From the NCBI GenBank assembly GCA_012295275.1, contig CM022671.1:26598001-26662000 (forward strand): a DNA stretch of 64,000 bases. The letters are read 5' to 3'. A model generated the notes under the pieces. That model was given only the letters and a program-made list of their open reading frames with translations, made no database searches and had not been told where the DNA came from. The DNA is from Chrysomallon squamiferum (lineage: Eukaryota > Animalia > Mollusca). Below, piece after piece: positions 1 to 13,379 of the stretch (position 1 is the stretch's first letter; the number at the start of each line of letters is the position of its first letter). The position numbers and the translations under genes were made by a program.

Positions 1-2414
1 GGTTATAGCACGAATAGACACAATTCTGAACAAGTGGACTGAACATCTTTTCTGAATATAATTTTTAACTATTTTATTACTGTCAGTATTTTTACACTTC
101 TTCAAATTATCCAAGTTATTGGTAGAACATCTACACAATCACATGATAGTCATTCACATTAGGGTAAATGAGATGATCATTTAGAAAGAATCCTGTTGAT
201 GAATCATGTGGAAAGAATGAAATGAATGTGTCTTTTAGAATCATTTAGAAACCAGGCAACTGGATCTTCTAGAAAGCATCCAGTTGATGGATGATCTGCA
301 GTGAGTTAGTTTCTGTGGATTATCTGGTACCGAGTCTAACTTGGAAAACAAATTGTTGATATGTAGCAGGAAAATGGAATTCACTGTCTGAATTAAGTAT
401 GCTTGAGAAAGTTGGACCTGCTCTGACTTCAGTTTGCTTTATGTGAATTCTTCAACATTTTGAAGTCACATCAGGTTGCGCCACAGCTGTTTGAAATGTA
501 ACAGATGGAGTGGAGGATGTTAAAACAACTTTGAAACGACTACCACATTGCTTTATCATCCCCTGTCTGATGTAAAAGGAGAAAGGGTTAATTTCCAGAT
601 GATGTCTGATTAATTTTTTGGGGTAAAATCCTTCAACAAATCTTGATACGGTAACTGATAACTAGATGGAGTTAGCATACCTCGCTCATATTTTTTTTGC
701 CCCCTTCCATATCAGCCTTCTTGCTTTCCATGTTTTAGTTCTGGTTTGAAAGGTGAAAGGGTTAATCTCCAAAATAAAAATCTGTTTTGATTGTATTTCC
801 TCAAGGAAACTGATTTAGTAACTCTGCTTCTGGCTTCTTTTTTTTTTTTTTTTTTTTTCTAACCAAATGATAAATAAAATAAAAAATGAATCTTTCCACT
901 CTGGCAATATGATCATGCAGCAGATCCCCAAAAAGCTTCCATGTTTATTTGTGTTCGTGGCCAACTGGCACTTTCAAAGGTAGCTCGCCATGTGTGAGCT
1001 ATCTGAGTGTGTGTAGCAGCAGTGCTGAGGAATGTTATTGGCAGGCCGAAATGTGCGCCCGCTTGTCAGCGCCTTAGCCCCACCAGCTGCATGTAATCTT
1101 CTTCAAAGTTGAGCTTCGCACCTGAATCTGTTAAATTGGCCGCCATTTTGTCTGGCTTCTGGCAGCAGGCCCACTGCACAGTGGGGCTACTAATTAACAA
1201 TGCAGATTGGTACTCAAGTGTGTCTGAGCACTCGCTTCTTTTATAACGTGTGTGGTGTGGTTTTAAAAATGTTCTTTGATTGTTTTGGGGTTTTTGTTGT
1301 TGTAATTATTAGTTTGACAGATTTCTGTTTTGTTGACTAAATTTCTTTTTTTTTGTTTGTTTAGTTCTGTGTGTTTGCATGTATGTGTGTGCATGTGTAC
1401 TTTGTATGTATATATATATATATATATATATGTGTCTGGGAGTGTATGTAATTCTATGATTTCTACACCAGTTTATGCAGTTGGATAGATGTATTTGTAT
1501 GCAATATTTTTAAGTTCAGAAAATTAATATAAGATTCAATATTAATAGCAAGACATTTTTCTTAATAATTTGTCACGCACTATCAAAATGTCATTATCAC
1601 ACAAAATAAAATAACTGTTCCATGAGACCTTTTCGACTGTTTCCTTCGCATTTTTCCTTTTTTATAAATGTTATGTCATGCGAGGGTTATGGGTACCAAT
1701 TCAGGCAACTCTTGTATATGTTTATTTCAAAGGGTTTGTTGTGAAGAGTATGTTGAAGTTTCCTTTGGAGATGAATCGGTGATTGTGAAGATTTTCTAAA
1801 GATTCGGGTCAGCTTTGTGGGCTGTTTGGTAACAGTCGTGGTGTCTGCCTCGGATTTCTAGTGGCCTAAACAATGCAGCATTCGAATCCACCGTAATTAC
1901 TGTGTGCGAGTGCTCCGTGCGGTTCAGGTCAATTTGATGATGTTTTGTATTAAAATATTGCTGGATATTGTTACATTGTCTGCAGCTCTTATTTACCCCT
2001 GGGGACAGCCACAAGAGAAGATTAAAGACGTTTTTCAAACATGCCATCTTAGAAGTGCATACTTGAGACTGGAAATCATAACTGTCAGTCTACTCGAAGA
2101 TATACAGGGGAAGAAATTAATAATAATTTCGACAAAGGGTAGATTAGTACATAAGTTCACGGTCTATTGTGGTCGTAATTTTGACCAATGGTACTGCTTC
2201 TCTGAAGTACTCCAGTCTCTCTTGAGAGCTGTCTTCCTATTAGCTGATACAGAGTCATAGTCGTTTCTTCTGTGTTTGACTTCCTCACATTGCCTGCCAT
2301 CTTGTCTCATGCTGACAATGGTCTCCAAGCATACTTTTTATAAATATATTGTTTAGAACAGTCATGATGTTCAGCACAAAATCTGACTTGAAAATAAACC
2401 CATTTTAGATTATT

Positions 2415-2470
<56 letters not shown>

Positions 2471-3054
2471 CATTATTATTATTAACAGATTTATGGCCAA
2501 ATAAAATGACTAGACTTGATTGATGCATGCTTTTAGACTATATTCATATGAAATGTTAATTAAAATAAATTAAAAGAACAACAAATTAAAAAAACAATCA
2601 ACAACAAACAAACAACAAAATATGTTCTTTTGTTTACATTAGCATACAGATAAAAAGTTCCATATTTAAATTCCATAATAAAGTCAGTTAGCTGTGTAAT
2701 TAAAACAGTGTATTTAGATTTTTTTAATTATTATTTAAAACTACAATTTGTTTTTATGATAATATTGTATGGTAGATTTAAGCATGATGTGAATTACACT
2801 ATCAAAATAAAGAAAGGTAAAATATTAACAAAAACAACAACAATAAAATAAATAATTTGTAAATTGTATTTCTTTGTGTAAAAAAAAAAAAGAAAATTAT
2901 GTTTATTTATTTATTTATTTATTCATTCATTCATTCATTCATTTATTCATTCATTTATTTATGTTTCATTGAACTAAATATATGATACAAACATCACTGA
3001 AATGCAGACGTTGTCAAATATATCAGTTTTAATATTTGGTTATTTTCTTTTCAG

Positions 3055-3198
3055 TGATTTGTCACAAAACAACTTGACAGCTATTGATGAGAAGATGTTT
3101 TTCAAGATGTCTTCCCTGCAGGATTTGTTGCTGAATAACAACAGAATATCTAGAATTGATAGCGGAGCTTTTGAGCATCTTTCATCACTCAACAACCT
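3055..3198 (+). CDS. LRIG: LRIG exon (two LRRs)
   Basis: ttcag|...CT|gtaagt, 144 nt; [48 protein letters not shown]. Confidence 0.93.
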
Positions 3199-4207
3199 GT
3201 AAGTTTTACTTGTAAAACAACTTAAAATTAGATGATTTGAAACACAATTCCAGTTCACTCGAATAAGGACATACGCACATATTTTCAATTAATTATTTAA
3301 GTTTTTAAATTAAGATAGGAATGACAGATTTTTTTTTTTTTCTGAGTTTTTTTTTTTCTGACTGTTTCTTGGGTTTTGTGTCATTTTTGTTGTCTTTTTC
3401 TGTGAGGTGAAGAAATGATGAGGACTTGTGAAAGCACTGCATGCCCTGTGCCATATGCTAGCACGGTGGCGCTAAAAATAAATGTTTGATACCACGTAAA
3501 CAAATGTGACAGTGCCTGGTACTGTAAGTTGTCTGTGAAAAGTTTCCGCATAGTGACGAGGTTCAAGGAAAATATGTGCAAAAACTTTCTGAAAATCTTC
3601 CCGATAAAGAATGTGTGTTCTGAAGCTGCCGCTCTCCAGTGACTTCTGTTTGTGCAGCTTATCACTGCTTCGACATCGCTGCACAGCGCATGGAGATGGC
3701 AACGTTGTGGCCGACCCGACCTTTGAGGTGATGGGAGTTTGTGTCCCATTGCGGTTCTTCACAGTGTTGTGTATTGTGTTTCGCTGCCTCTCATCGGCCT
3801 TCACATCCTAGTGGCGAGAAACCAAATATTTGATTTCCATTGTCTACACTTTGTTTTTGTTTTTTTTCCCCTTCTCTTTCACTTTTTGCATGGAGGGTGA
3901 TGACGCAGGCATTCATCACTAATTGGGCTGAAAAGACATGCAAACAGTTCTGAGAGGAGTAACAATAGCCAGTCTTGAAAAAGCTTAAGATATTCCTCAC
4001 TGTTCTTTTTCATAATCTGACCCAGATCCAGTTTGTGTTTACACTGTTGGTATTTTCATTTCACGTCGCATGAAAAGAGATGAAAATGCACATTTCAGGT
4101 TTATATTGTCATTTGTTGCATGTTTGACCTGGTGTCGTGCTGCTTTCACTCAAATGTTATCTCAGCAGTGTAAAGTATGTAAAATATTCTGTTTTCTTGT
4201 AAATAGC

Positions 4208-4244
<37 letters not shown>

Positions 4245-4614
4245 TGTCTTGCAGTGATTTTGAAAATAATTTTATTTGAAGTGAAATTGGTAAAAATGTT
4301 TGAATTAATCTCGGAGGATTTATTTATTTTTTTTATTTATTTTTTTATTTATTTATTTATTTTTTTATTTATTTACTTATTTATTTAATTGATTAAGTAG
4401 GGAATTTTGGATTTTGAAATTTGAATGTAATAGTTTTAATATTTTTAAATTTTTGTTTTTAGCAAACAGAAGGGAGACAACTGTTACTTAGTATTAAAAC
4501 AATTGAAAAAAAATATAATTTTCGATTTGTTTGAAAAACAATTGTATTTTACAGTTTATTTTTCTATTTTAAAACAAATTATTATTATTGTTATTATTGC
4601 TATCATTGCTGTTA

Positions 4615-4694
<80 letters not shown>

Positions 4695-6708
4695 TCTGTT
4701 TCTTTTTTAAAAACAGAGATCTGAATTACAATGAGATATCTTGGACCATTGAAGATGTGAGGGGAGCTTTCTATGGTTTGAAAAATCTGAACAGACTGAG
4801 TCTGAAGGCAAATCACATCAAATCCATTGCCAGCGAGGCATTCACAGGGTTGGAGAGACTTCGACAGCTACATCTGGAGGACAACAACATCACTGGCATC
4901 CAGGAGAACTCATTTGCTCCTCTTGAAAATCTCAGAGACCTGTAAGTAGTGTTACAGTCTTTACTCAGCATATTTCTATAAAACAGAGCATTTCTGTTTT
5001 TTCATTTGTTGCTTGTCAGTCATTATAGTTTATTTTTTGTTCAGTGTGTTACATTATTTATTTGTTTCATTGTTTATTTTATTTTTTATTTATTTATTTA
5101 TTTTTAAAATATGTTGAGAAAGTTTATGGTTTGACAGAATATCTAAAAGAATTTGAATTTATACTTTTTTATATTGCATTCTTGTAAATACATCATCATC
5201 AGAATGATTTGTGTTACTGATAATACTTATTTATTTACTCAAAATTGCAGTAAAAGCAGTCTACATAATTCCTGCTTTCTTTTTCTCACCATCACTGATT
5301 TTCAACTCTTAAATCGTGTCTGTTCATTTCTACACTTCATAAATTTCAAGAACAAATTCTTTTGACATAAAAATGACTTTAATTTACAATTTTCATTTTT
5401 TTTAATAATCATTTTTTTTAATTTCATTATCTTTTTTTTTTGTCTTCTAGGCGACTGAACACCACAGCACTTTTGTGTGACTGTCAGCTCAAATGGTTAC
5501 CAACATGGCTTCAGCGCTCAGGATTTCACAACTCAGTGAAGGCTGTTTGCAGACATCCATTAAACCTGAAGGGGAAAAGCATTTTCAGCATAAAACTTGA
5601 CCAGTTCACTTGCAGTAAGTTGTTGTTAAGATAACCTGTGATGTTGAGATGGATAAAATTATTGTCTAATGAGTTGTCTAAATGAGTTATTCAGAATAAG
5701 AATGGATGTTAAGTCTTGAGTTTGTTGACATTAGAATGTTGTTGAATTGTATTTAGAGATTTTAAATCATTAAGATGAAAAAAGAATATTGATATCTTTG
5801 TCTGAAATAGCTTTAGCAGGCTACAAAATAATATTGCATAATTTTAAAGGAATTCTGTTACTTTTTATTTCTTCTTCTTCTTCTTATTATTATTAAATAT
5901 ACTTTTTATTTAATCTATTATTGTTTTATTATTCCAGATGATCAAGAATACCCAAAGCCAATCATACTAGAAAACCCCAGGTCTCAGATAGCTCTCAAGG
6001 GAGATAACCTGACTCTTCAGTGTGTTTCTTTAATCACTGGAGAGAAACCTCCAAAATTTCAGTGGAAGAAAGACAACATGGTAAGTCAAAACACTCTTTC
6101 TGTGTTCAAACAGGTCACAGAAATAATCTCACAATTAACGTGTTCTCACAGTTTTGATTAAAAATATATCAAAAAAAACCTGCTTCATTATATTTAATAA
6201 TTTAATGTATTCCCACAGCTTCTTCATCACGCCATCGTTGACAACCAGGCAACGGCCGAGGGCGATGTGAAAACATACACTACAAAACTGCACGTCTACA
6301 ACATACAGAACGACATGGCAGGGCTGTACCAGTGTGTTATCTCCACCGACTTCGGCTCAACGTACTCGAAGAAAGCTGAAATCAACGTTCACGGTAAGTA
6401 CTGTGTTGTCAAAACAGGTTTTTGTGAATTTTAAATTAGAGCAATAATGAATGAAGTATCTTTTTAATCTATATTTTAAAGATTTTTTTCAAAATGTGTT
6501 ATTATTAATAGTAGTAATAATAGTAGTATTAAAATTGATGTTAGTATAATTAATAAACATAGCAGGACTAATATGAAGTGATAAAAAAAAAAGATTTTTT
6601 GACTGTTAATAACATGATCAGTAATCTGTTAAAATACGTCCCTTAAAAACGTTTTTTTATTTATTTATATATTTATTTATTTATTTTCTTACTTACTTTC
6701 TTACCTAT

Positions 6709-6743
<35 letters not shown>

Positions 6744-6812
6744 TTTTCTTACTTACTTTCTTACCTAGTTATTTATATATTTATTTATTTATTTTCTTAC
6801 TTACTTTCCTAC

Positions 6813-6843
<31 letters not shown>

Positions 6844-8704
6844 TTTTCTTACTTACTTTCTTACCTAGTTATTTATTTATTTATTTATTTTCTTACTTAC
6901 TTACTTACTTATTTACTTACTAACTGCAGTGTTTCCTGTGTTCACCAAAACCCCAGTGGACATTACAATAAAGGCAGGTAAAACTGCCAAGCTGGAGTGT
7001 TCCGCGACGGGGCAGCCTGCGCCGGAGGTGGCCTGGCAGAAAGACGGTGGTGACGACTTCCCTGCAGCTCGCGAACGTCGCATGCACGTCATGCCTCAAG
7101 ACGACACTTTCTTCATCGTCAACACCAAGAGCAGTGACGAGGGCGTCTACAGCTGCACGGCAAAAAATGATGCTGGGTCAATCGCTGTCAATGCCACGGT
7201 AACAATTCTAGGTGAGTCGAGTCATAATGACCTTTCAGTAAAATCATTTGTATGTATTAATATATAATAGCCATGATGTAAAGACTATAATACTTTTATA
7301 TATATATATATATGTATTATTTAATCTTCTGGTGAGTGTCACTTTAATGAAATACATTTATATATATATGTAGAATTTTCTGCTTATATGTCTCATAATA
7401 ATAATAAAAATTACTAAGTTCATGTTTAGAAGCATTTGTCCAGTCTTCCTTACTCATCTGAAATCTATAAATATTTATTTTTATTTTAGAAACTCCCTCA
7501 TTTGTTCAGCCAATGGAAACAAAGAAGTTCTTCAATGTGGGCAAGACCAGTGTTCTTGAGTGCATGGCAGCTGGAAGCCCCAAACCTAAACTGTCGTGGT
7601 CAAAGGACGGGAAGCCTCTGGTTGTCACCCCTCGCCACTTCTTCTCTGCTGACAACCAGCTGCTGATAATTGTGGAAACTCAGACCTCGGATTCTGGGAA
7701 GTACATGTGTGAGATGTCGAACACCCTGGGAACGCAGAAAGGAACAACGGAACTCAAAGTCCTGCCAGCAGAAGCTCAGCCCCACGACTCAAACAGCGGA
7801 ACGTTCGGTCTGGATGACGAATCGACAACCACAGGCATCATCATCATTGCTGTTGTGTGCTGCGTGGTGGGGACGTCCCTGGTGTGGGTTATCATCATCT
7901 ACCAGACCCGGAAGAGACATGAGATGTACAGCTCCACCCCCACAGATGAGACGACCCTCCCCTGTGAACTCCCTAGTTCTGGTTACACCTCATCTGACAA
8001 GGATGGCAGTTTCACTCAGACGCAGATAACAATACCAAACTATCAGTATCAGCGTAAGTTTAAACAACAAAAATTATTATTATTGTATTGTATTATAAGA
8101 GAATATATCTGTAAAACAATTATTAATTAAAACACTATTCATAGTATTAATAATAATAATTTATTAATGTTAACACTATTCATAGTATTAATGATATGTT
8201 ACTGTCACCAACAGTCCCATTCATTTTTGTTATTTCTTCAGAAAGTCGGCCAGTCCTTGTATTCATTTTATTCTCAGAAAGTCAGCCTTTGGAAATCACT
8301 ATTTATACCTGATTATAGCATTTTGGTTTTGGTTGCAGTTTCTGACTACCAGATGAAAGAATCAGGTTACGAATCCTCGTCAGGACGATTCAGAGCAAAC
8401 GGCTGGGCTCGACCTGCAGCAATCTTCCCCAGTGACGTGGACGAGGACGACAGGCAGTCAGTTCCACTGACACTGGGAGAACAGCAGCCAGGCAGAGACT
8501 CAGGAGGTAAAGCACGATCAGTCTTCTAGAAAGCAGTATCTTGTACTGGTCAGCCATGATGCAAAAATACCCACATATATTAAACTGTATTTCAGATAAA
8601 TAATTCCAATGCCATATTCAAGTTTTATTTTATTTTTGGTTTATTTTAAAATAATAGATTTTATCTTTTATTATTCTAAAGAAAATAGAAGATTATGTTG
8701 TTGT

Positions 8705-8738
<34 letters not shown>

Positions 8739-10115
8739 GTTATGATGACAGAGATCATTTTAAAAAATTATTTTTTTCAATTTTTACAGGAAATAGTGTG
8801 TGCAGTTTGCACTACCCTCACAGTGAAACAGACACAGTGGGCAGCTCCCACAGTACCAGTAGCACCCACTCAGGTGCCCACCACACCTTACGAACATTTC
8901 ACCCACAGCTGACAAACCACGACCGGTGTTGTCAAGGTGGGGATTGTGAAAACAATTGTGAAAACTGTGAATATAATAGAACTTTAAATGGAAGCACTCA
9001 AAAACTTTCTCACTTGAGGGCTCCTAGTGTTTCTTCTATACCAAGTTCAAGGTCATCAGGTCTTGGACTTCCGGAAGGAGATTCTGGTTGTCAAGGACAC
9101 AAAGTGAACTCTTCTTCATCCACAAAGCCATTAAGTTTTGCAGGTAAAAGAAATATTTAGATTTTGTTATAATAGTATTCCTCTTTTTTTTTGTTAATAT
9201 TATTTTTAAAATTATATAGAATATTTAAGAGAGGTTGTTACAATTTTTTATTATTTTTTTTAAAATTGCATTTAGCCAATAGTTTTAAAATATATTCAGT
9301 GTATTAGTTTATCTTAGTAATTATAAAATTGTGTTTTTTTTGTAATACACTTTGTATTTGTTCAGTATATTTGCTTAATTATGTAGTGACTATTTTAATA
9401 CTTTGGTTTTTTTATTTTATATTTAATTTTATTATTATTATTTTTACTATTAATTTTACTATTATTATTATTATTATTATTTGTATTTGTTTTCTAAATG
9501 ATATTAAAATGAAAACTGTATTTTTCAGAAATCCCAGACAGTGCTGTGTGTGACTGTGATCATGATGTGACACTGTGTAGGTGCTCAGCGCCTCGCTCAC
9601 CTCCAGTTCACATCACCTGTAATCACCTGGAACAGTTGCAAAACTCAGCAGGTAAGCTTGTCAAAACTCTTGGGTTTTTCTGATGTCATTTCAGCTTGTT
9701 AGTTACTTATTTTATAACCGATATCTCACTGAGTTTTGCATTATAATCATTACTGTTTGAGAAATCATTGTATTTTGTTTTTGTTTTATAACGTTACCTT
9801 TAATTTTTCTGTTACCTGCTGTAGAATTGCATCACACAACCAGACTCCTCATGCTAATTACACACTGTGTTGTCTCTGATTGCAGATATCAAGCACAAGT
9901 TAGAGAATTTACATCACAAGCTGCCCAACGGGACGTGGCACGGTCACTTTCCTGTGGTCAGCAACGCCGCACACGACCCACACCACAAACAGTGTCCAGC
10001 TGGTCACTCGACGGCCAAAGTGAAGTCACGCGACCCCGCGAACAATTCGTACACTGCCATTCCAATCTCACATCACAGCTACAAGAAGAAAAACTGCCCG
10101 GTGGTCAACGTCTAG
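3055..10115 (+). CDS. LRIG: Leucine-rich repeats and immunoglobulin-like domains protein (LRIG1/2/3, lambik-like), 5'-partial, 11 coding exons in window
   Basis: join(3055..3198,4717..4941,5451..5614,5938..6080,6219..6393,6930..7211,7490..8053,8339..8506,8790..9143,9529..9651,9886..10115); all GT-AG, phases consistent, about 856 aa. LRIG signatures: [72 protein letters not shown]. Confidence 0.95.
4585..4692. repeat. (ATT)n microsatellite
   Basis: Seen directly; similar tracts at 2420-2483 and 13300-13379. Confidence 0.9.
4717..4941 (+). CDS. LRIG: LRIG exon (three LRRs)
   Basis: aacag|...CT|gtaagt; [42 protein letters not shown]...ENLRDL. Confidence 0.93.
5451..5614 (+). CDS. LRIG: LRIG exon (LRR C-terminal cap)
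   Basis: ttctag|...A|gtaagt; [20 protein letters not shown]...[13 protein letters not shown]...FTC. Confidence 0.93.
5938..6080 (+). CDS. LRIG: LRIG exon (Ig1 N-half)
   Basis: ttccag|...ATG|gtaagt; [28 protein letters not shown]...FQWKKDNM (absent from the ORF track). Confidence 0.92.
6219..6393 (+). CDS. LRIG: LRIG exon (Ig1 C-half)
   Basis: cacag|...G|gtaagt; [39 protein letters not shown]. Confidence 0.92.
6655..6920. repeat. Compound (TTTA)n / TTCTTACTTACTTTCTTACCTA repeat in an LRIG intron
   Basis: Block ttattttcttacttactttcttaccta recurs, with variants, between ATTT runs. Confidence 0.8.
6930..7211 (+). CDS. LRIG: LRIG exon (Ig2)
   Basis: tgcag|...G|gtgagt; [55 protein letters not shown]...[11 protein letters not shown]. 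Confidence 0.95.
7490..8053 (+). CDS. LRIG: LRIG exon (Ig3, transmembrane, juxtamembrane)
   Basis: tttag|...C|gtaagt; [10 protein letters not shown]...[20 protein letters not shown]...[14 protein letters not shown]...[27 protein letters not shown]. Confidence 0.95.
8339..8506 (+). CDS. LRIG: LRIG exon (cytoplasmic tail)
   Basis: ttgcag|...G|gtaaag, phase 1-1; [38 protein letters not shown]... Confidence 0.85.
8790..9143 (+). CDS. LRIG: LRIG exon (cytoplasmic tail)
   Basis: ttacag|...G|gtaaaa, phase 1-1; [24 protein letters not shown]...KPLSFA. Confidence 0.82.
9529..9651 (+). CDS. LRIG: LRIG exon (cytoplasmic tail)
   Basis: tttcag|...G|gtaagc, phase 1-1; [40 protein letters not shown]. Confidence 0.75.
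9886..10115 (+). CDS. LRIG: LRIG terminal coding exon
   Basis: ctaat branch candidate plus ttgcag acceptor, phase 1; [21 protein letters not shown]...[13 protein letters not shown]. An alternative acceptor at 9825 is possible. Confidence 0.7.
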
Positions 10116-10292
10116 CGCTGGCTGCTGGGAAGACTCTTCACGAACACACAACACTTTGTCTGTGATTGGCTGTGCTTCTCTTTGTTTCTGTTTGTTCTCT
10201 AACCAAGTCTGTGATTCGCTGTTGTATTCTCTCACAAGAGTGCCATCAGTTGTGCTGAAATCCAAAAACAGGTTTTCTTTTTAAATATAATA

Positions 10293-10326
<34 letters not shown>

Positions 10327-11911
10327 AAAATTTATAAAAAAAATAATAATAATAATAAAACAATTTAAAAAAACAAAACAAAAACGGGTGGATGATGATG
10401 TCCCATGTTCTACAACACAGTTGATGGACACAAGATAAAAAAAACAACTTTGTAAACATTTTTCAGACGGGTATGTGTTAGGCTCAGGTTAGTTTTGTAT
10501 CCAGTGTGTTACTTGATTGGTGTAAGAGTCTTAACAGTGGACAGCACTTAAAGGACATCTTGTCCTGAAGATATACCTCAGCACCCCCACTTCCCTGTTT
10601 ACTGATCCTGAACAGAACATTTGCAGTACAGGGAATCCTACAAGAAAATTAATGTAAAACATTTGATTATTGGACACTGGTTATGTCTTTTTTTTTTTTT
10701 TTTTTTTGTGTGTGTGTTTTTTTTTTTTATTTTTTTTTTCAAAGAAACAAATTTCTTCAGGGATTTTGATTTACTAAAAATGGCATAACATAATCATAAT
10801 TTGAAAAAATTTGGTTTAATTTTTGCATTTTGTTTTTCTTTCTTTTTAAAGTGGTCATAAAGAAAGAATTAAAAAGATAATTAAATTGTTAACAGAGAAA
10901 TGGGAAATACATTTAATTATACCTTTGGCAATATATTAAATTTTGTTAAAATTAAGATGGATTGTGGGTAATATTTAAAAAAAAAAAAAATCTTATTTGC
11001 TAAAATTACAAATCATGTATTAAGTTTTATTAATTTGGTTCAGTCTTTTTTTGTGTGTGAAATTACCATTTTCAGATCAGACACAGTAATGAACTTCATT
11101 AAGCTTATATTATTTTAACATATTACTGACATTTTTTTTGAACCCAGCAGACAAAAAGTGCTATTTGATTGGTTGCCTGTGATTATGCATAATTAACAGC
11201 ATAATAGCGGTGATAAAAGTTTGATGAATTTGATTGGATGAAAATTATCAGACATCATAATTTCCTTGTTTGGTTTTTTTATTATTATTATAACTATAAT
11301 ATGTTAATGCATAACAAAGTGCTTCCCCACCTCCTTACTGAGCCAGTGTCCAGAATGTGCCAAACCTTTTGTACAATGGCATAAACAAATACATGGTTAA
11401 TACAAGTGATATATATGATTATTATACTCTGGTAGATATATAATTATTATAATTTGAATTCAGTGAGAGAAAGAAAGAGAGAGAGAGAGTTGTGAGTGAA
11501 AGAATGAGTGTTTTGTTGTGACTGTGTTTTTTAAAAATGTTTTTAGCTGAAAACCTTTCATGCTGTTGGTTTGTAAACAGTTTTTCATAATGATTATTTT
11601 ATTTTATTTTATTTTATTTTATTTTATTTTATTTATTTTATTTTTTATTTATGGTATTATTATTATTAATATTATTATTATTATTATTATTACTATTACT
11701 ATTATTATTATTTTATTTACATGTATAATTAAATAACAAAACAAACAGTGGAGATGCCCAAACATGAATATGGTCAGTAAGAAAGAATGTATTAAATTTA
11801 TTTTACCAAATACATTTTTATATATTTTATATTCAAGACAGCACACACCAAAAGAGTCATTTAATCTGCTGTACTCTTTTGTTTTATGAAATATAACTTT
11901 AAAATAAATAA

Positions 11912-11944
<33 letters not shown>

Positions 11945-12327
11945 AAATGGAGCTGAGTCATCACACACAAATAAATCCAGTAAAAACATCTCTCCAGTTT
12001 CTTTTATAAACACATTGACTTCAGCAGCATGAAAGGTTTTCAGAGATCAACTTTTACGTCATTTTGGGAACAAGATTCAAGGTTGTAGAACGGGGTTGTG
12101 AGTGGGTGGGTTGGGTGATGACTAATGGGTTGATGGCTGTTGATTGGTCATTTTGATAAAAGTGATACTGTACTTACTTTTCAGGCATAATTTGATGTAG
12201 AAATCCATGTTGAAATCAGTTTGATAGAAATCCATTTGTTACTTGTTAGACTATTTTATAGATTTATTTTCTTAATTTAGTTAAATTTGTGTTTTTATAT
12301 TTCTAAGAATGTTAGTTGAAGAGTGTC

Positions 12328-12365
<38 letters not shown>

Positions 12366-13306
12366 TGTAGACATTACGTTTCATCAAAGTGATACAGTAA
12401 AATTAATTTGCTGCAGATGAAGGAGGCCATTTTGAAAATTAAATTTATCAAAATATTTTTTTTTTTTTAAAAATTCATTTACAGATGTCTTCACAAAGGA
12501 TTAAAATGTTAAATTAATGAAATATTTCTTCAAATCGATCATTATTTTTATTATTATATAAATTTTTATATATTGTTAAAATTTAGATTTCTGTTAAAAA
12601 GAAATCATGACAAAAAAAATTAAATTTTTATTGTCAGTAATGAAATAAATAAAAATTATACATGGTTTGAATACTTATTTATTAATTTGAAAACACTTTT
12701 TATATTAACTTACATTACAGTACTTACTATTGTACAAACATTTAACTGTTGTTTTAACTTTTTTTTTAAATACCTGTATTATATTTTAATTTCATTTCTG
12801 ATTAGAATGGAAAATACAGGTTTGATAAAATTATTTTTATACTGAATGTAATCTATAAATTTTTAATAAAAAAAATGGCTTGGAATAGTCAGTAGCATTA
12901 TATAGGGCAATGCAAACACTGGAAAGTATGAACCCCCAAATCTGCTGAATGGTCACAATATTTGTTTATTTTTCTTGCTGTCATGGTTACTTATTTCATC
13001 TGGTTGTTTGTGTGAATGTTGTGTGTGACATGAATGTTGTTGCCATGGATACATGTGGTTTTTACATATGGTTGTGATGTCTCTGATCTATATTTCATTT
13101 ACCTTCAATTTTTATATCAATTTTAAAATATTTTTAAATGAAAAAAAAAAAAAAATCATTAATTTTTAAAATTATTTTTTTTTTTTTTTTTTTTTTTGAC
13201 AAGATTATAAAAATGGTCAATATTATTTTAATATAATAGTTCATTTTGCTTTTAATTTTTTGATAATTTAAAAAAAATTATTAGTTGTTACTATAATATT
13301 TATTAC

Positions 13307-13379
<73 letters not shown>

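Noticed and set aside
1796-2260. Overlapping ORFs of 83 and 118 aa as genes or LRIG exons
   Set aside because: No LRR pattern or recognisable domain, and no convincing splice sites.
3381-3811. Three overlapping ORFs as a nested gene
   Set aside because: No domain similarity; open frames are explained by locally higher GC.
4503-4816. Poly-Ile ORFs, and similar poly-Leu/Tyr/Phe/Asp/Met ORFs elsewhere
   Set aside because: They are translations of (ATT)n, (GAT)n and poly-A/T microsatellites.
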